Below, one piece after another: positions 24,601 through 35,299 of a DNA stretch of 64,000 nt. Made by a program: the position numbers and the translations under genes. The DNA lies in contig NC_135263.1 in NCBI RefSeq assembly GCF_964204865.1, positions 18,228,001-18,292,000 of the forward strand, in the 5' to 3' direction. Positions within the stretch are counted from its first letter, which is position 1; every line of letters begins with the position of its first letter. The DNA is from Styela clava. Lineage: Eukaryota. The notes beneath the pieces were generated by a model. That model was not told where the DNA came from and searched no databases. It saw nothing but the letters and a program-made list of their open reading frames with translations.

Positions 24601-27084
24601 TGACTGCAATTGATGCAGCAAATCATTTTCTGGAAATTTCCCTTGCACAGCTTCTTCAAGCAATTCTTTCAATTCGTGTAATGTATACTTGTTTTCAAAT
24701 CTTGAAAACGCATCGCCTAATTTTGTAGTCCATGTATCAAAAGACTCCGCTCGCAATTTCATCTTATGAAGCAATGGAGGTAATTCATCCAATGTGTATC
24801 TATATCGAAGTATAAATTTACTTGGATCACAAGTGCTGCAGAGCCTGTTGACATGGAACGTACAGACAAGGTGATCTGGTCTACATGGGCATGTAATTGC
24901 GGACAAAAAGCATGCTGTTTTGCAGATGAAACACTGACGTTCATCATCGGGTACAACCTCAAAAGCTTCCCTTTCAGCTTGACATACACCAAGCTCATGA
25001 AGTTTCTTTCTTGCTTCTCTTTCCTCTTGCAGCATAGCAAGCATATCTCTGTAAACAGCAGCTGCAAGTTGAACATCTAAAACGTCAGGATTATTGGCGA
25101 CTTTACATAAAATTTCTTCGTGTGAAAACACACATGCTCTTTTTACTGCGCGATAGTGAGCAACAGATTGTCTGCCAATAGGTATCCAATCAGCTGGACA
25201 AAAGTTCACGGCTTCTGCAAAGTTATATCCCTGATTAAAACCTGCATGATATGCCCTGGGGAAGGTAACAATGAATTCACCCGCACATTGGTTAGTTCGG
25301 ACAACTCGCACACCATTGTTCATCAGAGTTGAAGGATTGATAGTGGTTACAAGATGATGCATAACATCAGGGTGGTTCTTGAATAGGTCAGGTGCGGTAT
25401 TTTGCATTACTTCTTCCAGTTTGATTGCATCTTCTCTTGGAACACCATACCAAGTCTTTGGTTCTCCCCAGTGAAGATAATTGATAGAATATGTCCAATG
25501 ATCTTCAATGTGCCAACAAAAAGCAGAGAAGCACATACCGACATAAACCCATGGTATTTTCATTCCTGACATGTCACCAGTCATATAACTTAGTAATGAT
25601 TGTTTCGCAACTGGTAGATTGTTTAAATTCCATCCACTTTTTGCATAATCCTCTTCTTCAGCAGAAAGTGGATGTTTCTCTTTGTCGCACATTCTAGGAA
25701 ATCCACTTCCGTGATTAAGAACATGAATATCGGCGCCATACTCCACTGCAACATCCTCTTCTATTGATCCAATTAATCTCCAGAATTCTCTTTCAACCAA
25801 CTCAGTGGGGATCATGTGAACAGGTTTTGTAAAATATTCTGACTTAAAAGCATCAGCCATTTCTCCAAAACTTTGTAGTGTGTATTGCTTTCTTGCTTGT
25901 TCAAAACCATAAGCGTCTATGACTTTGTTGCATTCTTTAGACAAGCATTTTGGACATCGCCAATCCCCTTTGGGAACTTGGTTCAATGGTGGAATCAGAC
26001 AGTAGGTATGGTAACTGTCATCACATCCATCACAGAGTAAAAGTTGAGTGTCATTGTGATCCTTCAGACAAACTTTACAATTACCCATTGTATCAAGAAT
26101 GGAGTATGGGAGCTGTTCTGAACCCTTCTTTCGTGTGTTTATTGAGGTTGTGTCAACTGTTGCGGTAGGAATTGCAGTTTCTGGCTTTATCTTAGTTTCT
26201 ATTTCCCCGTTGTAATCCATCAAATCAAATATATTTTTGCAATCCTCATTCTTCGGTTCTATTTTGATAGTAGCGGGTGCAGGTTCACTTTTAATTTCTT
26301 TTTTATTTGCCTCTTCTGATTTTATTCGATTTCTTCTCTTAGCAATTAATCCCAGGCCTACCATTTTTGGGCCTGCACCAAAAAGCTGCAATTTGGCAAG
26401 TTCTTTGTTATTTGATACGTCTACAACAAGAGATGGATCATCTATAGTTCTTCTTTTATTTTTCTGGCGGGCAGCTTCACTTTCATCTTCTTGCTCTCTC
26501 TGTGGTTTTACCTTGCTATTCCCTCCATATCTTCCTGAAAAACTTGGAAGTGGTTTCCCAGAGCCATCAAGGCTCTCAAGAAGAACGCCAGAAACCATTA
26601 TGTCATATGGATACAGCAATCTTTCATAATGTTGTTTTATTGTTGCAGAAAAATTTTTTGCAACTCCTAACTTTACACATGCGGCATTCCATTGGCGGTT
26701 CTTGCAGACTTCTTCAAATCCCCCCAATTTCCTTACGGTCTCATGGAGACCATACAAATCTAAAGGAGAGCCGGCAATGTGTGGCAGTCTGAATGTAGTA
26801 CCCTGTAATTCCCAAAACTTAGCTACTTTCTGAATGAATTGAAGTCGAATCCGAGTTTGAATACCTAATTCATTAAGTCTCTGTATTCTCGGTGTAAATT
26901 TGAAATTTTCTACGTCAATAGCAAATGGGGGTTGCCAATAAGGTGGAGGCCGTATTTTACAAATGCCTGCTTTTTCTGCTATAGGTCTGATCTTAGCAAT
27001 GTATCCAAGTGGATGAGCAAATTCTTCTTCGTTTGGCTCAAAAACTGGAGCCTCTGGAGGAGGAAAGAATTCATCATCAAACAT
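21634..27084 (-). CDS. KDM5: Lysine-specific demethylase 5 (JARID1/Lid), 1816 aa, single coding exon
   Basis: JmjN (PPPEAPVFEP..GICKIRPP), ARID, PHD1, JmjC with intact HIED..H (FCWHIEDH, RAYHAGFN), C5HC2 finger, PLU-1, PHD2 and PHD3. Confidence 0.98.
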   Translation of the reverse strand: MFDDEFFPPPEAPVFEPNEEEFAHPLGYIAKIRPIAEKAGICKIRPPPYWQPPFAIDVENFKFTPRIQRLNELGIQTRIRLQFIQKVAKFWELQGTTFRLPHIAGSPLDLYGLHETVRKLGGFEEVCKNRQWNAACVKLGVAKNFSATIKQHYERLLYPYDIMVSGVLLESLDGSGKPLPSFSGRYGGNSKVKPQREQEDESEAARQKNKRRTIDDPSLVVDVSNNKELAKLQLFGAGPKMVGLGLIAKRRNRIKSEEANKKEIKSEPAPATIKIEPKNEDCKNIFDLMDYNGEIETKIKPETAIPTATVDTTSINTRKKGSEQLPYSILDTMGNCKVCLKDHNDTQLLLCDGCDDSYHTYCLIPPLNQVPKGDWRCPKCLSKECNKVIDAYGFEQARKQYTLQSFGEMADAFKSEYFTKPVHMIPTELVEREFWRLIGSIEEDVAVEYGADIHVLNHGSGFPRMCDKEKHPLSAEEEDYAKSGWNLNNLPVAKQSLLSYMTGDMSGMKIPWVYVGMCFSAFCWHIEDHWTYSINYLHWGEPKTWYGVPREDAIKLEEVMQNTAPDLFKNHPDVMHHLVTTINPSTLMNNGVRVVRTNQCAGEFIVTFPRAYHAGFNQGYNFAEAVNFCPADWIPIGRQSVAHYRAVKRACVFSHEEILCKVANNPDVLDVQLAAAVYRDMLAMLQEEREARKKLHELGVCQAEREAFEVVPDDERQCFICKTACFLSAITCPCRPDHLVCTFHVNRLCSTCDPSKFILRYRYTLDELPPLLHKMKLRAESFDTWTTKLGDAFSRFENKYTLHELKELLEEAVQGKFPENDLLHQLQSAVREAEKCSRVAQQLVVVRKHRTRQKEIHSTAGIITHPNTCLLTLEEIRAFYLQLLGLPCTIPNLDQVSDYIKRIEKFVTQTEIILQEEEPCSHNIAVLIEDSLDFDLELPQVTLLHHALQQAKWLEEVRSCLLLDDEINDCDPPPSLITLEQLRKLIDSGVSVSPRPAVERAMAELQELLNLSEAWEDKAKSFLEMKEKGSLKTAEVITSESQNVPVQLIHCAELQEVVEKANIWEKKLHTIHNQDYYPYLEVLEALLLQANSMEVKLSQLPILNTQVEAAQEWKERTCRAFLKKNTIFSLFEVLSPRSAENRGQTNLKAMRRKIKDAQTEQQQMIEKWAKTDNFDIKNPIDPAEVVAKFKDMEEKELEVMKDMRSRNNRKSTITPTNIEVKSENDSYCVCKRPSSGFMLQCELCHDWFHTSCVPPIKFNKEKSKVQQVYELKFLCPLCHRSRRPRLEVILSLLLQLQKLPVRIREGEALQCLTERAMSWQDRARDILKAPEYAAIIKKLNKKMKENEKLWQEQEKKISTDVPKISLTNGHNSEIALSATARRMSSIESINDTIDSVLRKSCPQEETRTVDSSGVDALLSAASKTDTEQEDVMEAAEVLAMIACASNHHQSQVNAEVESTNPASKIENNPSHQPDTEVKAVITSTTDEPSIKDMDKVDDNHKKDNAIEQPIAVSDYEQTSKEEKSEQTPPHPVHSEDITSTKEDVASAEVVDEPSLEVKELRKETEEILKGPLIDLPDEMKTILEELMMEGDLLEVSLDETQQIWKILQASQPINDEKFLELCESEASQTILKSNGLDKEADRKRKKKEEVAITNFAEKRKKKQRNSTDGTPFSGKDNKKHEKKKKRKSEGKQSVLDTFVAFDDDEYAFCAVKEATGGSVFCQQPTGEEVDWLQCDGGCEGWFHCVCVSVSPEEARELDYVCEKCAAAKLANFELNLCEDMPSQIERQNSDCSSGMEVDVTNSTPSMSPAPVVSAPV

Positions 27085-27169
27085 ATTGAATTTTTACATA
27101 CAGCAGCTTATTAAGATCTTTAAATATGAAAACAAAATTCAGAAAAATTAATATGGATCTAATTAGATA

Positions 27170-27486
27170 GAATATACATATTCATCCCGGGGGAGAGGAA
27201 AGTACAGCCTAATCATATGGCGAAGCATGGCCTCTCATTAAGTTACCAGTCCATGTCGGGATGGGATTAGTTAGCCAGTTATTAGTTTTCGGAAGCAAGG
27301 ACTTGATGGTGGAGGAGGCAGTAACCGACCAGCGGTTATATGAACACCCTATGGCGGCGAGGAGTCCGGAAACCGTTTGCACATAACTAACCCTGCATGA
27401 GATCGGAACCCACGAACAGTAATCAGAGGTGCGGTGACAAGCATATTCCTAACACTTAGCATGATGCGCCACACCGCCGAGCCGGG
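27170..27486 (-). mobile_element. tRNA-derived SINE, near full length
   Basis: On the - strand: A-box-like GGTGTGGCGCATCATGCTAAG, body CCGCTGGTCGGTTAC..CCTCCACCATCAAGTCC, tail TTTCCTCTCCCCCGGGAT. Multiple copies in the window. Confidence 0.8.
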
Positions 27487-28499
27487 AAGAGATATTTCAA
27501 TTTCCTTAGCATGTCAATTGAAAAACAAAATCATTTGGTTGAGTTGTAATTCTGTTGTGTATTTGCACAATCTTGTACATAAATTAAGAATTTGATCACA
27601 TTGAGAAGATATCAAAATGCTTTACTAAAAATTTAAATTGTCAATACATCATTTGCATTGAATATCATGTACCGGTAGGCTTACCGGTAAATAGTTTTAT
27701 GTTTTTGTATATTTCCATGAGACAACTTCGCTTTGAATAAAGCCGGAAAAATATTCAACCATCACTGTCATCAAATATTCTTACAACTTCAATTTATTGG
27801 AACAAAGATTATTCAATTTAGTGATATTTAAAAATGATCATTCATCCTGATATGTTGATTTGGCTAACTAGCAGAAGCCTAAATAAGGAGCTTACAAAGT
27901 GGGACAAGGTATCTGATCCAATCACAGAAATACTTTTTTCATCTGTAGTTTATTAATTTTTATGTGTTGACATGATTCGGGTTGTAAACATTCCATTTTA
28001 CACCAAATTTTAGTAAATTTGACAAGAATTACCAAGATGGAATTGGTACACCAGTCATGAGGAAAGCAAATTTTTATTAAAATCAACGAACTCCTGAATT
28101 TGTTTGATTAAGATTATAATTGACTAATATTACGAATGATTATGCCTAAACTCAACCCAATTCTAAACTCAAAATTTCAAAGTACTGAAGTATAAGGGTG
28201 GTCTGTGTTTATCATCCTTCATGCTGGTTAATATTATAAAAATGTTTTACTTTTGCACTGCTGAGGCAGGTATTTAAGAGCAAATTTCATACTAGATAAT
28301 AAGGAAGCAACAATTTCAGTATATACAGCTAAACGAAGGCGATAAATTCAGAAATCTCAGTACCCCGTATAGCATTTTTACGCTTCCTTAACGACTGACT
28401 GAACGGCGTCGGAAAATCGTAGATGAATTTAAATACACATCACACAGTCACAACATCGCCGTATATAAAGGATCTCACGAGAGAACGCGCACAATCAGA

Positions 28500-29034
28500 T
28501 TGCATACCTTTTAAACTTAAACATTCCAAAAACTTTATTTAATTCAACACAAAATTGTTGCGCGAAATGCAAAAAATCCAAACAGTTTTTAGATTCTCGC
28601 ACACACAGACATATCGCCAAAATTGGATCTACTACATTATTATTTCTACGCTGATTTTCATACCAGGAAAAATCTGCCGAACGGTTATTTAATCCATGGC
28701 AAAAATATAACTTAAAATTATTCTAACTAAAATAAATTACCACACAGAAAGGAAAAATATTAGACGCACAAGACCCTGAGCACAATCCGTCGCCATTTTC
28801 GCTACGTGACCACTTGGTGTCCGTAAACACAAAGAAGAAAAAGGGCAATGACGCATTAAGATGAGAAAAAAGTTATTTCAGCAGAAAATAGAAAAAATGC
28901 AACCCGGCAAATTGTAATTATGTACGAATTTTGCATTTGCTCTGTTCTTTCCAGGGGCGTATATTGAGGGGTTCGATTGTGTGCTTTTTTATTATTCTGG
29001 GTTTAGCGCTGACAAATCGAAGACAAACAATACA
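28500..29034. promoter_or_regulatory. Bidirectional promoter region KDM5 / POLR2C
   Basis: Head-to-head genes; locally CpG-richer; YY1-like CGCCATTTT at ~28791; - strand GT donor at 28506-28507 for a KDM5 5'UTR exon. Confidence 0.6.
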
Positions 29035-31578
29035 ATGCCTTACGCCAATCAGCCTACAATCGCAATCACGGAACTTACGAAAGACAATGTGAAATTTGTT
29101 ATTGAAGATACAGATCTCAGTGTTGCAAATTCACTCCGCCGGGTATTTATTGCAGAGGTGAGAATTTCTGATACCGGTAACCGAGAGGAACAGGATGGAG
29201 AACCCGGAGAGTTGGCTAAACCAAAGTTGGGTTCGCAGGTTCGAATCCCATGCAGGGATGGTTATGTGCGAGAGGATTGCTGGACTCCTCGCCGTCGTTG
29301 GGTGGTTCACGTAACCGCTGGTCGGTTACGACTTCCTCCACCACCAAGTCCATGCTTCCGAAAACAAACAATATAACTAATCCCATACCCGACTTGGAAT
29401 GGTAACCGGACGAGAGGCCGTGGTTCGCCATATGGATAAGCCGTCTTTTCGGTTTTCCTCTCCCCCGGGATAAATATGTAAATCCTATCCTATCCTAAAC
29501 TTGATATGAGTTTTGAACATGCCACATAAATGCACTAACGTGATGTAGGCAATTCAATATGAAAAAGCTGTCTTATCGACTATCCTCTCCCCCTGGATAA
29601 ATTTTGAAGTCCTATCTTGTTGTAACATAGAACGACTTAGAGATACCGTACTCCGACACAGTCTTTAAGGGTATACCGGTACCCTAGCTGCTGAATTACC
29701 TTATTTTTTTATTGCCCATATCGGAAGCCGTGGAGCCACCCTTTTCTGGCGAGGAGTCTAGAAATCCTCTTGCACATAATTATCTCCCACAGGATAATCA
29801 GAGGTGCGGTGGCGAGCGAATTTCTAATACTTAGCACAATAAATCACATTGTCTAGTCATACCCGACACTCGCTTTCTATTTGCTTCCATGGCCATTACA
29901 GTCGTCAACTCCTAAGCTATCCCAGAGTCATCCTCAACTTTTAACCTTTGCACATTTTAATAACTCATTCATTAATAACTTCATTCTTCTACCTGTACGC
30001 ATGCATGAAATACAAATGTCTATAAGCATGGCATAGACTCAACAATAAAGATTACTAGAGTTCATGTTTCAATCTTATGAACTGGACTATCGGTGAATTA
30101 AAAAGTAGTGAAGTGTTATCCATTCTAATATTCTATATGAGACATGTTTCTTTGAAAAATTGTTTGTTTGTTGTGACTGCCCGCCTCACATTACTCTATT
30201 TAAATATATTTTAAGGTTCCCACACTTGCGATTGACTGGATTCAAATTGAGGAAAATTCTTCAGTATTGAATGATGAGTTTTTATCACATAGGATTGGAT
30301 TGATTCCATTAACATCCGATGAGATAGTGGACAAAATTCAGGTAAATAGCAATAAGTAAAATTCAACCAAGCATATTTGAACGGGACCTATAGCCAGCCC
30401 ATGCGATTAGGTCATTTTGTCTGTTCTCTATCTCTCATTGTTCCTCATTCTATGTATCATACCTGGTTAGTTGATGTACTACGGTAATTAATACATAAGA
30501 TTATTCAAACCAAAGTGATCATTTTTTATTTTACTGAAGAACGTATTTATCCTGATTTCAGTACTCAAGAGATTGTATGTGCGATGAATTCTGCCCAGAA
30601 TGTTCAGTGGAATTTTATCTCGATGTCAAATGTACAAGTGAAAGCACGCGACAAGTTACTACTCGTGATTTAATATCCATGAATCCAAAGGTAAAATGGT
30701 ATTCTTGAAATCAAAATTATCCATTAGATGCTATTTTTTTATTTTATTTATTCTGCAGTTTCATGAGAAATACACATTTATTTATTATGGAATGAACAAA
30801 CACTATCTGACTTTTCTACCCAATGTCTCGGTCATAATCATATCCAAATATTTTTTTCCAGTTTAAAACATTCCCATTATTTTGCTGGCTAATAGTGATT
30901 GCATAAAACATAAACATTTTGTGTAACAAATGAATTGAATGCCGTTTGCATGTTAAACTAAGGTTGTTCCAGTTACATCGAGAAGTAGAGGAGACGAGGT
31001 TGAAAATTATGGAGAACAAGATGACATACTGATTGTTAAATTAAGAAAAGGACAATGCCTAAAATTCAAAGCTTATGCTAAAAAGGGATTTGGTAAGCGG
31101 GTTTCTTAATGTCTGTCTACTGTATAATGCTTTCGATGAGAAACATTCGTTGGATAAATGAAACTTCAATATAAATATAGGAAAGGAACATGCTAAATGG
31201 CAAACAGTTTGTGCATGTGCTTTCGAATATGACCCAGATAACGCACTTCGTCACACAACTTATCCAAAACCCGAAGAATGGCCTAGGAGCGAACACAGTG
31301 ATCTCACAGATGATGATGATAGACATCAAGCAGAGTAAGTTGTCGTGGCTTGGTTTTATTAAAACCACAATGAGCTACAGTAGCCATTAAATTTATTTTT
31401 GTTCAGATTTGATCCGAATGGCAAAGCAAACAAATTTTTCGTCAATGTGGAATCTACAGGAGCCATAAAACCAGAGAACATCATTCTGTCAGGGCTCTCT
31501 GTTCTTAAGAAAAAGCTCAGTGACCTCCAAACACAGCTAAGCCATGAACTGCAGCAAGATGGACTAACTATCGCATGA
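29035..31578 (+). CDS. POLR2C: RNA polymerase II subunit RPB3 (6 exons)
   Basis: [41 protein letters not shown]|[16 protein letters not shown]|[18 protein letters not shown]|..[14 protein letters not shown]|[18 protein letters not shown]|..[35 protein letters not shown] introns. Confidence 0.97.
29200..29497 (+). mobile_element. tRNA-derived SINE in POLR2C intron 1
   Basis: B-box GGTTCGAATCCC at ~29238; same body as the 27170 copy; (CCTAT)n tail. Further fragments at 29720-29840, 41455-41580 and 50640-50740. Confidence 0.82.
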
Positions 31579-31602
31579 TGATGCTGAGAAACGATCTTTT
31601 GG

Positions 31603-32704
31603 TCATAAAGTACCACCACCTTCTGCATCACTAGTTTGTCTGGCTTCAGGTGGATCTACATAGTTGAACATTTTAGGACCAATTTTTTCCAGATGATTTC
31701 TGCCACGTTGTCGCCAGAGTTTTTGACACATTTGTAATTTGATACATCGTCTGGCTGAACAGTTGTTGCACATCCTGTACCCATCTACAACTTTCCACTG
31801 CTCTTGTTTTAATTCTGGTGCAAGGACATTTTCGTTCTCGGGATTTTCCAATCGTTTGAAGATGATGAGTTCACCATTACTTTTTAAATGTGTCCCACCT
31901 ATGTCCTCTTTAGTTGGGAGGCCATTTGGAAATTGAATTGGATGAATTCTGAAAATTTGATGGTACTTAGCAAGTTAGCATACGACAATAGTCTGTATTA
32001 TTTGGCCTTCCTAATTGAATTTACCACCACGAGAACTGAGCAAAATCATAATACCTGATTAAATGTTTGACCTGCCAAAGTTTCTCATTATTATTTGCTG
32101 TGTTCATCTGCACTGAAATGTCATTTACCTGTGAAGAAAGAATAATAAAATATTAGGAATACTATTTATCTTATTGTAGTTGTTCAGGATTTTATGGATT
32201 TAAATACCAAATAAATTCAGACCAAAGTTAATTTGTAGCAATTGCAATACACCACTTATTGATGTCGGTTAAGGACTTTATTTTAATACCTTGTACAAAC
32301 CCATATCCTTCATTGCTTCTTTCTCCCAGTATGGGCGAAACTTCAGCTTGTGTATCTGTGTAACCATCCACAACTTTGGTGGTTCATCGAGTGGGTAGTC
32401 TGGATACATGTCAGTCCCTTTTTCAAACCTATGTATGGGTGGATATGTGAATCATCCATAGTTTTTTTTTAACTTAATCATGATCAGTATTTCTACAGAA
32501 TAAAAAGCTTCCTCTAAACACCTTGTTACACGCTATCATAGTTTGCATATGCTAGTTCACTCACCCCAATCTTTGCGCAGTTTCATCAATAGATGGTAGC
32601 CGTTCAGGATAATGATTCCTTCCCATCCTTGGCACTTTATTTAGACAACTTGACTTCTGGATCAAGCGCCTGCATGTCACCAATAACGAGTGGGCACTTA
32701 GCAT
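31603..32704 (-). CDS. MRPL30: Mitochondrial ribosomal protein L30 (uL30m), 4 exons, ~232 aa
   Basis: Exons 32704-32565, 32428-32290, 32128-32055 and 31948-31603 join in frame via GT-AG. Translation PPKLWMVTQIHKLKFRPYWEKEAMKDMGLYK..KLWQVKHLIRIHPIQFPNGLP..HLKSNGEL matches the MRPL30 motifs RPYWEK, VKHLIRIKP and LKSTGEL. Confidence 0.92.
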
Positions 32705-33501
32705 AATGTAAAAGAATACTGACTATGACAACTTGATGAAAATGATATATGAAGCAAAATAGGTAAGTTTGGCAGTGTAACATATAATGCAGAAAATGAA
32801 AAAAATACGGAACACATTATGTGATAATATGCATTTATTCACAATTATAATTTAAGCGTTATCGAGACCTTGAATGGATGAAAACAGGTTTTCCCTAACT
32901 AACACTATCAGGATGAATTTTCTGGAAACATGGAAGTAGCATCTGTATTAAATAAAGTGAATGCGATATAGAATTTGTAGTTGTGTGCAAAATTAGAACA
33001 ATTGACAACGAATAAGGTAGAAAAAAGTTGTTTTACAGCAGCAGGGTATTATTCTACATCGTCCAACACTTTGCTGATACAAAAGCGAGTGAACAATGAT
33101 TTTTAGAAAAGATAAGCAGTGGTTTAAAACATTTGATAAAGAAAAATCGCCTGTATAAAATACTGTTGCGAATTGTACATACAACAATGAAAGTAACAAA
33201 TGGCACAATGAATAATAATGCTGAAGGTAAGTTCCCAATATACAGAACAGAAAAATTACAAGATCTGTGCAAGAATATAAAATATCTCATGTTAGCAAAT
33301 ACATGCAGCACCAACAGCTGTTATCAAAAAAAAGTTATTTTCAGTAATAATATCTCACATGGGAGATATTTTTACGCCTGAGCAGTCTAATTTTATTAGT
33401 TTGGAATGATAATTTGTCAGATTTATTTTCAATATCTTCTTTAATAAGACCATGTTTCAGGGATGCATTGTAAAGTAATACTATCAAATTTCAGCACAGG
33501 G

Positions 33502-33661
33502 TAAGAAGATTGAAAATAAAGTTTAGGACTCCAGAAATGTGTCTCTAAGAACATCCATGCCAATAATATTCACATTAGGTCTAAGAAGATTGAAAATAAA
33601 GTTTAGGACTCCAGAAATGTGTCTCTAAGAACATCCATGCCAATAATATTCACATTAGGTC
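33502..33661. repeat. Perfect 80-bp tandem duplication abutting the Wntless stop codon
   Basis: 33502-33581 is identical to 33582-33661. Confidence 0.95.
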
Positions 33662-35299
33662 TCAGTCCTCAGCACTTTTTTGATGTGTTAATTCCAGTAT
33701 ACGAATCTGATCTGTGATTTGACTTTGGGCCCCATCTCCTCCCGGAGTCTGGTGCAATTCTATCAGTTCTTGACGACTGTCCATTTCGTCAGTATCATCT
33801 ACATCAAACTGCTTGTGTGATGGAGCATACACTGAGAGTACCAGGAAAACATAAATATTCCATAACCCATAAACTCCTGTGAAAAAGGCAGAGTTAACCT
33901 CAACACGATGATCTCCAAAATCCAACATTCCATCATATTTTTGTGAAAGTATGTAAAACACAATTGTAAGGGCAGCAGTAGATATTGAAAGTATCATAAG
34001 GAGTCTAAACCTGAAGACGACTGTCTTGAAATTGTTCGCTTGTATAGAAGTAATGAATCTCTGCTTGTATGACATTATGCGAAAAACTTTAACAACCATG
34101 TAGCACAGCAGTAGAAAATAAATGCAACCAGCTACACTGGCAACCACAATGAGAATCATTGCAAAGTTGTGGTGCGTCCAAACTGTGGAACAAGGATTCA
34201 CCAACTGCATCCCACGTTCAGCAATATCAAAAGCTAACAGAGCAAACAGAGAAATAAAAATAGCACTCAAATGAAAACGATATGTTGAAAGCTTGTTGCG
34301 TTGTGAAGGATTCACCATATGTTCTCCCGTAAATATAATCCAAAAACCAAGCAGGATACCATAAAAGAAGCCCTGGCGAATATCTGTGAAGAATAGCATC
34401 CAGGGAGCTTCTATAAATATCGAAATCAATTCAATAGGTATATTCAAGAATAGGATTGAAATTCCCAAAGAGAATATGGCTTTTTCAATCAGTAGAGGTT
34501 TTCTTTCAAGAAGTTTGATTCTTCTCCAGAACCAGATTACTGGGAATATCATTAAGACCGTCATAACTGACTTGAGACTTGTCCACACCTGAGTAAAGCC
34601 ACCATTTTGATGTATTGCAATCACAGACATTTCTTTTGCATTGCCGAACTGATTGTACATACCACCATCTTCAGTAACGTCAACCGGCAAACGAAGGTTG
34701 ATCAGATAACGTTTATGTGGAATTGAGCCCAACTGAAACAGGTGCAGCAACTCACAATCATACTCATAATCTTCATGTTCTTCATCAAAATCATGATTGA
34801 AATTACATTCAAGTATGCGATCTTCTTCACATCTTGCCAAGGTTTTCCACGCCAATTTATCTCTTCTAACCGCAGAACTGTCCTCATTACTGTACAATAT
34901 ATGAATATCCAAACGCATCGGTGCATGTGAAACATAAGGATTATTAGTTTTATATGTTATTTTCACTTGAAGTAGGGCAAGTAGGTATTGAAACCATGGT
35001 GTCATTGTCATAATTCCAAGATTCCTCGGAATATGTGCTATAAGAACAAGATCGCTAGGATCTAATCCTGTAACTTTGACGCCTTGAAGATCTGTAACTG
35101 GGTCACAATTCTGCCTAGTGACAACACCAGACTTGTTTCCTTCGGGTATACAATTTGTCATAATGTGTTCTTGAGCACGAGCTGGAGGAGGAGCAATTAA
35201 ACCACCAATCAGAAAAAATATGATTTGCACAACCAGAAGGAACATAAATAACATCACAAGCTTTCGGGTTGAAAGAATTTCAATAACTTTTCCCGCCAT
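33662..35299 (-). CDS. WLS: Protein wntless (Evi/GPR177/MIG-14), single coding exon
   Basis: MAGKVIEILSTRKL..FFLIGGLIAP, IHQNGGFTQVW, DIRQGFFY..FWIIFTGEH, ERGMQLVNP, NSAFFTGVYGLWNIYV..YAPSHK. Confidence 0.98.
   Translation of the reverse strand: MAGKVIEILSTRKLVMLFMFLLVVQIIFFLIGGLIAPPPARAQEHIMTNCIPEGNKSGVVTRQNCDPVTDLQGVKVTGLDPSDLVLIAHIPRNLGIMTMTPWFQYLLALLQVKITYKTNNPYVSHAPMRLDIHILYSNEDSSAVRRDKLAWKTLARCEEDRILECNFNHDFDEEHEDYEYDCELLHLFQLGSIPHKRYLINLRLPVDVTEDGGMYNQFGNAKEMSVIAIHQNGGFTQVWTSLKSVMTVLMIFPVIWFWRRIKLLERKPLLIEKAIFSLGISILFLNIPIELISIFIEAPWMLFFTDIRQGFFYGILLGFWIIFTGEHMVNPSQRNKLSTYRFHLSAIFISLFALLAFDIAERGMQLVNPCSTVWTHHNFAMILIVVASVAGCIYFLLLCYMVVKVFRIMSYKQRFITSIQANNFKTVVFRFRLLMILSISTAALTIVFYILSQKYDGMLDFGDHRVEVNSAFFTGVYGLWNIYVFLVLSVYAPSHKQFDVDDTDEMDSRQELIELHQTPGGDGAQSQITDQIRILELTHQKSAED

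Noticed and set aside
29210-29260. tRNA gene
   Set aside because: B-box present but no cloverleaf; it is the head of a multi-copy SINE.
28981-29376. 131-aa ORF as a full gene
   Set aside because: Only 29035-29157 is POLR2C exon 1; the rest reads into an intronic SINE.
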